A stretch of DNA of 12,636 nucleotides from Candidatus Hadarchaeota archaeon (GTDB taxonomy: Archaea; CAYQAE01; CAYVLA01). The DNA lies in assembly GCA_964452145.1 (NCBI GenBank), contig CAYVLA010000091.1, positions 1-12,636 on the forward strand, given 5' to 3'. The position numbers and the translations under genes are program-made. The notes below the pieces were generated by a model. The model was not told the origin of the DNA. It searched no databases and saw only the letters and a program-made list of their open reading frames with translations. Each line of letters starts with the position of its first letter. Position 1 is the stretch's first letter. Positions 1-6,863 of the stretch are shown here, piece after piece.

Positions 1-42
1 TCGACGGCCTAGCACCTGTTGCCATGTCTGCTCTTCCGCCGG

Positions 43-1374
43 CTAGGAAGTCTTCCCAGGCCTCTTGACCGATTCCCCCGAGACGGACGGCCCCTCCCTC
101 TTCAGCTCTGCCAACTCTCCAGACACCCTGGTCAGCTCGCCCGAAACCCTTGTTACCTGCCCCGACACCTTGGCGTACCCCTTCTCAAGTCTGGCGATGG
201 TCTCTGTCAACTCCCTGACCTTGGCCATGAGCTCAATGTTCTGGGCCACGACCTGCTCGCGCGACATCCCCGCCGGAAAGGCATCAAGCTCCTGCGCCAC
301 CTTAACGTCCAAAGCCAGGCCACACCTTGAACAGAACTTGGCATCATAAACATTGGCAACCTCGCACCTGGGACAGACCTTCGGAGAAAGCTGCGGCTTC
401 TCCTCAGCATTCTTACGCAACCCGTACACACCGAGCAGGGCATCATCCACATCCCTACCCGAAAGATGCACATAGATCGAAGGCATCCTGGACCCCTGCC
501 TCCACCCGAAGATCTCGTTCATATTGGCCTCCGTCACCTTGCTGGCCATAAACGTGGCCCGGCTATGCCTCAGCTTGTGCGGGCTGACCTTCTTCTTCAC
601 TCCAGCCCGCTCACATGCCACCCTTAACACCTTGGCCAGCGCCGGGTAACTCATTGCCTGATGACGGTTCACAGTCCCCATGTTCACCCAGAGCGGCGCA
701 TTGGGGTCGTTCCGCAAAGGGTGGCCCTGGACCCATGCGGAAAGGTAGGGGGCTGAGGCCGGGACGATGATCCGCCTGGAGCCCTTCTTCCCCTTGAGCA
801 TAACCCTGGCGTACCTCTCCTCAAAGGAGACATCCCTGATACGCATGGATCCAACTTCCCCAATCCTGGCCCCGGACTCATACAGCGTCATGATGAACGC
901 CCTATCCCGCGGACTGTCCGTAGCATCCACGATCCTCTTGACCTCTTCCTCCGTGACCACCTCATCCGGGAGGAGGATGTCCTTCTCCCTCATGGTGGTC
1001 TTTATCCACTTCACCTCGTCCGGATACTCCTCGCCGGTCTCCCTGAGCCAGCTGTAGAACCTTTTCAGCGTGATCCGGTAGTCCTTCTTGGTCCAGGGCG
1101 AGTAGTCCTGTCTCTCTATCCGTCCCACAAGCTTCTGGATATCGGCCCTGTCTGCCTTGTCGAAGTCCTTCCCAAGCCACTCGGCCAGTTTCCTTGTGCT
1201 CTGGATGTACTTGGCGATCCTGGCCTTCGAAAGGCCCTGGGCCGTGCAGGCCTCCTCAAAGGAGGAGATGAGGATGGCGTTCCTGTGGGATATGGGGTTG
1301 CACGCTTTCACCGAGTATTCCGCCCTTTCCAGTCTTGGGTCGAGGTTGTGGATGTCGATGGCGCCGTTGGCCAC
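43..1374 (-). CDS. Tyrosine recombinase/integrase (phage_integrase family) with C-terminal zinc ribbon and coiled-coil tail
   Basis: The catalytic set is visible: R in YESGARIGE, K in LKGKKG, HxxR in PHKLRHSRAT, W in IFGW, Y in SIYVHLS. It is followed by a CPRC...CSRC zinc ribbon. The GTG start at 1374 is about 25 nt below a TATA box, and the gene sits directly 3' of a tRNA gene. Confidence 0.93.
   Translation of the reverse strand: MANGAIDIHNLDPRLERAEYSVKACNPISHRNAILISSFEEACTAQGLSKARIAKYIQSTRKLAEWLGKDFDKADRADIQKLVGRIERQDYSPWTKKDYRITLKRFYSWLRETGEEYPDEVKWIKTTMREKDILLPDEVVTEEEVKRIVDATDSPRDRAFIMTLYESGARIGEVGSMRIRDVSFEERYARVMLKGKKGSRRIIVPASAPYLSAWVQGHPLRNDPNAPLWVNMGTVNRHQAMSYPALAKVLRVACERAGVKKKVSPHKLRHSRATFMASKVTEANMNEIFGWRQGSRMPSIYVHLSGRDVDDALLGVYGLRKNAEEKPQLSPKVCPRCEVANVYDAKFCSRCGLALDVKVAQELDAFPAGMSREQVVAQNIELMAKVRELTETIARLEKGYAKVSGQVTRVSGELTRVSGELAELKREGPSVSGESVKRPGKTS
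70..174 (-). repeat. 21-nt/7-aa tandem repeat in the integrase C-terminus (xxVSG[Q/E]x)
   Basis: AKVSGQV-TRVSGEL-TRVSGEL-AELKREG-PSVSGES; VSG occurs at aa 403, 410, 417 and 431. Confidence 0.8.
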
Positions 1375-1398
1375 GCCTTTAGGTATGGGTTTCCGTGC

Positions 1399-1410
1399 TT
1401 TTATACTTTG
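1399..1410 (-). promoter_or_regulatory. BRE/TATA promoter of the integrase (leaderless)
   Basis: The minus strand reads CAAAG-TATAAAA about 25 nt upstream of the GTG at 1374. Confidence 0.6.
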
Positions 1411-1417
1411 GGGTTAA

Positions 1418-1504
1418 AGCCCCGGGTGGGATTCGAACCCACGACCTGCGGATCTTCCGCGAGAAGATACGAATCCGCCGCTCAACCGGCTAAGCTACCG
1501 AGGC
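1418..1504 (-). tRNA. tRNA-Thr(CGT) with 14-nt intron at position 37/38
   Basis: Minus strand: GCCTCGG TA GCTT AGCCGGTT GAGC G GCGGA TT CGT A [TCTTCTCGCGGAAG] A TCCGC AGGTC GTGGG TTCGAAT CCCAC CCGGGGC T. This gives a full cloverleaf with a U73 discriminator (typical of archaeal Thr) and no encoded CCA. Confidence 0.95.
1454..1467 (-). other. tRNA intron (bulge-helix-bulge type)
   Basis: UUCG (positions 32-35) pairs with intron CGGA, flanked by 3-nt bulges UA|U and AG|A. Removing the intron restores a 7-nt anticodon loop. Confidence 0.85.
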
Positions 1505-1544
1505 ATCGAAAAGATATTTGTCCGACCAACGACGCGCAAAGGCG

Positions 1545-2546
1545 GTGTCGCTCGGTCAGGTTGGGGATCTGGGAGAGCAGGAAATCATAAAAATGTTAGC
1601 CGGAGCTTTCGGCATCGAAGAGCTAGACGACGCAGCCCCCATGGAGGATGAGGAACGCATCTTCCTCAGCAGCGACATGATGATCCAGAGCACCGATCTG
1701 CCGTCGAACACCAATCCCTTGTTCTGGGGGCATCGCTTCATCGCTTCCAATGTCTCTGACATCTCCGCCATGGGCTGTAAGCCCACGCATATGCTTGTCT
1801 CGCTGGGCCTCCCCCGGGACATGCCGATCAGGGATTTTCGCAAGATCCTGGAGGGCATGCAGTGGGGATGCAGGGAGGCCGATGTTCGAATCATCGGCGG
1901 CGACACCAACTCCTCAGCTGAGATCATCCTCTCCGGCTTCGTTGCCGGAACCCCGTTCGGTAGGGCGTTCAGGCGATGGGGGGCCCGTCCGGGAGATGGA
2001 GTCTTCGTCACAGGCACCCCGGGACTGGCCGCCCTCGGCCTGGCAATCATCCAGTGCAACCGCAAGACCGACTTCGAGTCCCCCGACGTGCTGGAGGAGT
2101 CGATGCCGGGCTCGGCGGCGGCGGTAGCGGCATTCCTAGTCCCCCAGATGAGGGTGCACGAGTCCCAGGAGTTGTCGGGTCTGGGTGTGGTGACCTCCTG
2201 CATCGACGTAAGCGACGGTCTCTCCACCGACGCCGGACACATAGCGGAAAGCTCGGGTGTACAGCTGATTCTTGATGAGACCCGCCTGCCCTTCGGACCT
2301 GAGGCACGAGGCATAGCCAAACACCTTTCACTGGATCCCCTCGACCTTGCTTTCAACGGCGGAGACGACTACGAGCTTCTCTTCACCGCCAGCCCCGGCG
2401 CCGAGGAGGCCATCGAGAAGAAGAAGATCGCCACAAGAATAGGGGAGGTCGCTCAGGGACAGGGCGTCTTCGTCAGACGCGGGGACGGCAGACTCGAAAT
2501 CTTGAAAAGCTCCGGATATCAACACTTCGGGGGCAGGAACCCTTGA
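1545..2546 (+). CDS. thiL: Thiamine-monophosphate kinase
   Basis: Motifs LGEQEII, DDAA, NVSDISAMG.KP, IIGGDT, GARPGDGVFVTG, IDVSDGL, GGDDYELLFT and C-terminal GYQHF. The ORF track starts at TTG 1518, but the in-frame GTG at 1545 is preferred because it lies about 25 nt below a BRE/TATA-like GAAAAGATATTTG at 1508-1520. Confidence 0.92.
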   Translation: MSLGQVGDLGEQEIIKMLAGAFGIEELDDAAPMEDEERIFLSSDMMIQSTDLPSNTNPLFWGHRFIASNVSDISAMGCKPTHMLVSLGLPRDMPIRDFRKILEGMQWGCREADVRIIGGDTNSSAEIILSGFVAGTPFGRAFRRWGARPGDGVFVTGTPGLAALGLAIIQCNRKTDFESPDVLEESMPGSAAAVAAFLVPQMRVHESQELSGLGVVTSCIDVSDGLSTDAGHIAESSGVQLILDETRLPFGPEARGIAKHLSLDPLDLAFNGGDDYELLFTASPGAEEAIEKKKIATRIGEVAQGQGVFVRRGDGRLEILKSSGYQHFGGRNP

Positions 2547-3580
2547 GGGACGCGCTGTTCTGGCACTCCATCGACGGTCGCGTGCAGTGTGAACTGTGCC
2601 CACATCTGTGCAGGATCGCTCCTGGTAAGAGGGGCATTTGCGGCATCCGGGAGAACCGCGACGGGAAACTGCAAACCTTGACATACGGGCGGCCGGTGTC
2701 CCTGGCGATCGATCCCGTCGAGAAGAAGCCCCTGTTCCACGTCCATCCCGGAAGCACGATCTACTCGGTCGGCATGGCAGGCTGCAACCTGAAGTGCGTC
2801 TTCTGCCAGAACTACTCCATCTCCCAGGCCCTCCCGGAGGATCTCGATTCGTACGAAGCGCCGCCCGATGTTCTGGTGAGAAAGGCCGAGGAGTCCGGTT
2901 GCCTCGGCATAGCGTTTACCTACAATGAGCCCGTGATATCCGCCGAGTACGCCCTAGACACCTTCAGGCTTGCCCACGAGAAGGGCCTGTACACGTGTCT
3001 TGTGACCAACGGTTACGTCAGCGCGGATCCCGCGAGGCATCTCGCCGAGCACCTGGACTGCGCAAACGTGGACCTTAAGTCCTCCGAGGCGGAGTTCTAC
3101 CGCAGGCTCTGCAAGGCGCCCCACTTAGAGGCCGTCAAGGAAGCCATGAGGATATGGAACGCGGAAGGAGTGGCATTGGAGATCACCAATCTGCTCATAC
3201 CGGGCCATAATGACGCGCCCGGCGTCGTCGACGGCGTCATAGACTTCGTCCTAGAACTCGGCAGCGAGACCCCGCTTCATTTCTCCAGATTCCACCCCAC
3301 ATACCTGCTCAGAGATGTCGATCCAACGCCGCAGGCCACGCTAGAGAGGGCCGTGCACAGGGCGAAAGAGAAGGGGCTGAGATACGTCTACGCCGGCAAC
3401 GTCTTCGGCTCAGAATATGAGCACACCTACTGCCCGAGCTGCAGCTCGATCGTCATCGAGAGGCATGGGTTTCTGGTCGGCAAGACATCCCTGGACGCAA
3501 ACAACCACTGCAGTAAGTGCGGCGAGCCGATCAGATTGCTGGGCAGGCCCGCGAAAGGTCGAACCCGGGCCTTCCTCTAG
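2543..3580 (+). CDS. amrS: AmmeMemoRadiSam-type radical SAM enzyme (PFL-activating enzyme superfamily)
   Basis: N-terminal CELCPHLC...GICGIREN, then DPVEKKPLFH, the CxxxCxxC motif GCNLKCVFCQN, FTYNEP, LHFSRFHP and YVYAGNV, ending in CPSC...CSKC. The TTG start overlaps the thiL stop (TTGA). Confidence 0.9.
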   Translation: MRDALFWHSIDGRVQCELCPHLCRIAPGKRGICGIRENRDGKLQTLTYGRPVSLAIDPVEKKPLFHVHPGSTIYSVGMAGCNLKCVFCQNYSISQALPEDLDSYEAPPDVLVRKAEESGCLGIAFTYNEPVISAEYALDTFRLAHEKGLYTCLVTNGYVSADPARHLAEHLDCANVDLKSSEAEFYRRLCKAPHLEAVKEAMRIWNAEGVALEITNLLIPGHNDAPGVVDGVIDFVLELGSETPLHFSRFHPTYLLRDVDPTPQATLERAVHRAKEKGLRYVYAGNVFGSEYEHTYCPSCSSIVIERHGFLVGKTSLDANNHCSKCGEPIRLLGRPAKGRTRAFL

Positions 3581-4092
3581 ATCACCGAGGAGAGCGCGAT
3601 CCTCTCCAGGAGGGCCTTCTCCACCGGCTCCGTCAAGTCGAATGCCTCCCGGATTCTCTTCCTCTTCTGGGCTGTTGGGAGGAACAACCGACCGGATACC
3701 TGTCCCCCGAGCAGCTGGACTGCACGTCCGGCCGTCTCCGCATCGACGTCAAAGCCCACCAGCACCACCTCCTCAAGGCCCTCCTTCACCCCCAGGGTCT
3801 TGATCGCCTCCGTTATCTGGGTCGTGCAGGCCGCCTTCACCAAGACCTCCATGGAAAGGCTGTTGGTCACATTGCTTTGGTTCTGAAAGCTCCTGAGAGC
3901 CTCGAAGCAGGCGAATCTGACATGGTCCTCTCCCAGAATGTAGCGGCCATCCATCAGCTGGAATTTCCCCATCCGCGAGAGATGGGCCATTACCTCCCTT
4001 ACATCCGATATTCTGGCGCTGTCTATGCCCAGGATGATCACCCTCGAGAGGGCATCTCGGACCGCCTCCTCATTCCGGCAAGTCATCTCCAA
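3577..4092 (-). CDS. cgi121: KEOPS complex subunit Cgi121
   Basis: QLMDGRYILGEDHVRFACFEALRSF...SLSMEVLVKAACTTQITEAIKTLGVKEG...ALLERIAL matches the CGI-121 pattern. A GGAGG SD precedes the TTG. Confidence 0.88.
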   Translation of the reverse strand: MEMTCRNEEAVRDALSRVIILGIDSARISDVREVMAHLSRMGKFQLMDGRYILGEDHVRFACFEALRSFQNQSNVTNSLSMEVLVKAACTTQITEAIKTLGVKEGLEEVVLVGFDVDAETAGRAVQLLGGQVSGRLFLPTAQKRKRIREAFDLTEPVEKALLERIALSSVI

Positions 4093-4093
4093 C

Positions 4094-4747
4094 TCAGACC
4101 TCCTGACCCGAATGTCGCCTCAGCCATGCAGGCACGAGGCTCCACAGATCGAAGCCGCCCCCTGCTTGGCCCGAGCTTGATACTGCCGCCAAGATGCTCG
4201 AGATGTCCCCGGCCGCCCGGACGATCGTGTATCCCTTGCCAAGGCCTCCAGGCTCGTGAGCATCCGATCCTCCCAACTCGCCCACGCCGAGCCTGCGGGC
4301 AAGGGGAAGGACCACGCCCCTGGGCAGGGGCGAATGGGCGTTCACCGTCTCGACGGCCCCAAATGGGTATCCCGCTGAGTCCCAGCCAATGCCGGACCGA
4401 AAGCGGTCAAAGGGGTGGGCAACGGCGGCCAGGCACCCTGTCTTGCCGTGCAGGGACGCCAGCAGATCGCCAACCTTGCCTCCTCGGGTGAACTGGACCT
4501 TTCCCTGGCCGTATACCAAGACATGCCCTTCCCGGCATGACACCTCGACGCCGGGGATGACGACGATGCCCCTTCTTCTTCCCGCCTCCATGGCCTCGCC
4601 GATGCCTTCCTGGCTATTGTGATCGGTTATCGCCAGGCCGCTCAACCCGATACGGGCCGCCCTCTCGACATAAGCAGTGGGAGACCCCGATCCGTCGTGC
4701 GAGAAGCAGGTATGGACATGCATGTCGAGACGAAGGGTTTCACTCAA
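4094..4747 (-). CDS. PHP-domain metal-dependent phosphoesterase
   Basis: DMHVHT..SHDG, AITDHN, IPGVEVS, GHVLVYG, AHPF and GGSDAH are the full set of PHP metal ligands. The TTG start overlaps the metG stop. Confidence 0.9.
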   Translation of the reverse strand: MSETLRLDMHVHTCFSHDGSGSPTAYVERAARIGLSGLAITDHNSQEGIGEAMEAGRRRGIVVIPGVEVSCREGHVLVYGQGKVQFTRGGKVGDLLASLHGKTGCLAAVAHPFDRFRSGIGWDSAGYPFGAVETVNAHSPLPRGVVLPLARRLGVGELGGSDAHEPGGLGKGYTIVRAAGDISSILAAVSSSGQAGGGFDLWSLVPAWLRRHSGQEV

Positions 4748-6776
4748 CCCGAGTCCCCGGCGAGACCTCTCTGTCAGGCATCAGAACCGATACCTTTTCC
4801 CCGTCCACGGCTGCCAGCAGCATCCCCTTCGACTCGATACCGAAGATCTTTGCAGGCTTCAGGTTGGCAACGATCGCTATCTCCTTGCCCACCAGATCCT
4901 TAGCAGCGTAGTGCTGGGCAAGCCCAGCCACCAGGGTTCGCTCCCCGCCTGCATCCACCTTGAGCTTGATCAGGTTTCGGGAGCCCTTGACTTCCTCGGC
5001 CGAGACCACCTTGGCGACCCTGATGTCAAGCCTCTTGAACTCCTCCATGGTAACCGTCTGCTCCATCTTCTCCTCCTCCTTGCCCATCTCTCCTTGGAGC
5101 CACCTCATCTCCTCTTCAATCTTGTCGTCCTCTATCTTGTCCACAACGGGGACCGGCCGCTCGATCCGACGACCCGGCTCGACCTCAAGCACGCCTGGGT
5201 TTGCCAGGGGGCTTGACTCGGCTACCGGGACCGTTTCCCCCATGAGCGACCATACCCGCTCCGCAGTGTTGGGCACGATCGGATACATCAGAACGGCAGC
5301 GTACTTGAGGAACCTCAAACAGAGGTGCATGGCCGTCGCGGCTTCTGGCTTTCTGACCTTCACGGCCTCCCAGGGCCTCTTGTCGTTGAAATAGCGGTTG
5401 GCAACCATGAACCCGCCGACCAGGCTCTGGATCACCTTGGACGAATTGCACAGCTCGTACTGCTCTCTGACTGAGGTCATCATCTCCTCGACATGGCACC
5501 GGAACGCCTCGTCGGGGCCGTCCATGGGGCCCAAAGCCGGAATGATTGCATCGAAGTTGTTGTATGTAAAGGTCAAGACCCGGTGGATGAAGTTGCCGAT
5601 GTTGTCCGCCAGCTCCTTGTTGATCCTGTCCTGGAACTCGGTCCAGCTATAGTTGGAATCGCCGGGGGAATTGGAGGCCTTGTATGAAAGGTAGAAGCGG
5701 AGATAGTCGCTGGGATACCTCGAGGTGGCCCTCTGGACCGGTATGTACCATCCCCGGCTCTTGCTCATCTTCCTGCCCTCAAGCGAGATGTAACCGTTGA
5801 CGACGTACTTGCTCGGCGTGACGAACTCGGAAACCGCCATCAGCATCGCCGGCCAGAAGATGAGGTGGTGTTGGACTATGTCCTTCCCGATGAAGTGCAC
5901 CAGCCTGGTGCTCGGGTCCTTCAGCCATGCTCGCGCCCCAGGATTCTCCCGCCCGGCCCAGTCCATGAAGGAGGCGAAGTAGCATATCGGGGCATCGACC
6001 CAGACGTAGACGTACTGATCGGGTTCCGCATCGGGATAGGGCAACCTGAAGCCCCAGTAGTTCTCCCTGGTTATGTCCCAGTCCCTCAGACCCCCCTCGA
6101 TCCATCCCAGGACGTGGTTCACGACCTCCGACGGGAAGTCCTCCGACGACCTGCTCTCTAGCCATCTGCGCAGCCTCTCGGAGAAGTCCGACAGCCTGAA
6201 GAAGAAATGCCTGGTGGATTTCGTCACCGGCGGGGTGCCGCAGATGGCGCACTTCGGCTTGAGTATCTGTCCGGGCTCAAGGGCCCTCTGGCAGGCCTCG
6301 CAGACGTCGCTGTATTGATCTTCCGCCCCGCAGTAGGGGCAGGTCCCCAGGATGAACCTGTCGGGCAGGTACGTGCCGTCCTTCTCACAGTAGTAGGACT
6401 CCACCGTCCTGGAATCGATGTAGCCGTTCTCCCTCATCTTCTGCAGGAAATGTTCGGTGAGCTTCAGGTTCTCCTCGCTGCCGGTTCGGTGGTAGTTGTC
6501 GAACTCAACCCCCATGCTCTGGAGGTCTTTGAGCTGGCGGAGGCGATAGTACTCCGCGTGTTCGGACGGCTTCACGCCCCTCTGGCGTGCAGCCATCTCT
6601 ATTGGGGTTCCGTGCTCGTCCGCGCCGCAAACGTAGACGACCTGCTCGCCGCAGAGCCTGAGGTAGCGCGTGTAGATGTCGGCCGGGACATAGGTGCTGC
6701 AGACGTGGCCGAGGTGTATGTCCCCGTTGGCGTAGGGCAGGGCAGCCGTGACTATGGTTTGGCTCCGCTTCCTCAA
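4740..6776 (-). CDS. metG: Methionine--tRNA ligase with C-terminal tRNA-binding (Trbp111/EMAP-like) domain
   Basis: TAALPYANGDIHLGH (HIGH motif), zinc knuckles (CEKD, CPYC, CEAC, CAIC), YVWVDAP, HFIGKDI, KMSKS and C-terminal EFKRLDIRVAKV...SKGMLLAA. The longest ORF starts at 6848, but TTG 6776 has an AGGAG SD about 7 nt upstream and a TATA at about 6813-6824. Confidence 0.97.
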   Translation of the reverse strand: MRKRSQTIVTAALPYANGDIHLGHVCSTYVPADIYTRYLRLCGEQVVYVCGADEHGTPIEMAARQRGVKPSEHAEYYRLRQLKDLQSMGVEFDNYHRTGSEENLKLTEHFLQKMRENGYIDSRTVESYYCEKDGTYLPDRFILGTCPYCGAEDQYSDVCEACQRALEPGQILKPKCAICGTPPVTKSTRHFFFRLSDFSERLRRWLESRSSEDFPSEVVNHVLGWIEGGLRDWDITRENYWGFRLPYPDAEPDQYVYVWVDAPICYFASFMDWAGRENPGARAWLKDPSTRLVHFIGKDIVQHHLIFWPAMLMAVSEFVTPSKYVVNGYISLEGRKMSKSRGWYIPVQRATSRYPSDYLRFYLSYKASNSPGDSNYSWTEFQDRINKELADNIGNFIHRVLTFTYNNFDAIIPALGPMDGPDEAFRCHVEEMMTSVREQYELCNSSKVIQSLVGGFMVANRYFNDKRPWEAVKVRKPEAATAMHLCLRFLKYAAVLMYPIVPNTAERVWSLMGETVPVAESSPLANPGVLEVEPGRRIERPVPVVDKIEDDKIEEEMRWLQGEMGKEEEKMEQTVTMEEFKRLDIRVAKVVSAEEVKGSRNLIKLKVDAGGERTLVAGLAQHYAAKDLVGKEIAIVANLKPAKIFGIESKGMLLAAVDGEKVSVLMPDREVSPGTRVE

Positions 6777-6792
6777 TGGCGTCTCCTTTGGG

Positions 6793-6832
6793 CCGGGTGG
6801 CTGATCGTGCATGAAATATATTTCCCACCCGG
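6793..6832 (-). promoter_or_regulatory. metG operon promoter region with palindromic TATA and flanking inverted repeat
   Basis: A perfect palindrome GAAATATATTTC (6813-6824) lies inside an 8-bp inverted repeat CCGGGTGG (6793-6800) / CCACCCGG (6825-6832). Confidence 0.5.
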
Positions 6833-6863
6833 TTTGGGTTGGATTCATCCAGCTAAGGTAGTG

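Larger units (their letters stand above)
1..1417. mobile_element. Probable right-hand end of a tRNA-Thr-targeting integrative element; the rest lies left of the window
   Basis: The integrase starts 44 bp after the tRNA 3' end and in the same orientation, the classic att-junction layout. The second att copy is not in the window. Confidence 0.6.

Noticed and set aside
1556..2356. 266-aa minus-strand ORF
   Set aside because: Antisense shadow of thiL, S/P/R-rich, with no recognisable motifs.
3577..3580. amrS and cgi121 stop codons share one CTAG
   Set aside because: Ordinary convergent overlap in a compact genome.
3517..4491. 324-aa plus-strand ORF
   Set aside because: Antisense to cgi121 and the PHP gene, both of which have clear family motifs.
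6777..6848. 24-aa N-terminal extension of MetG
   Set aside because: It spans the probable TATA box and SD, so the true start is more likely TTG 6776.
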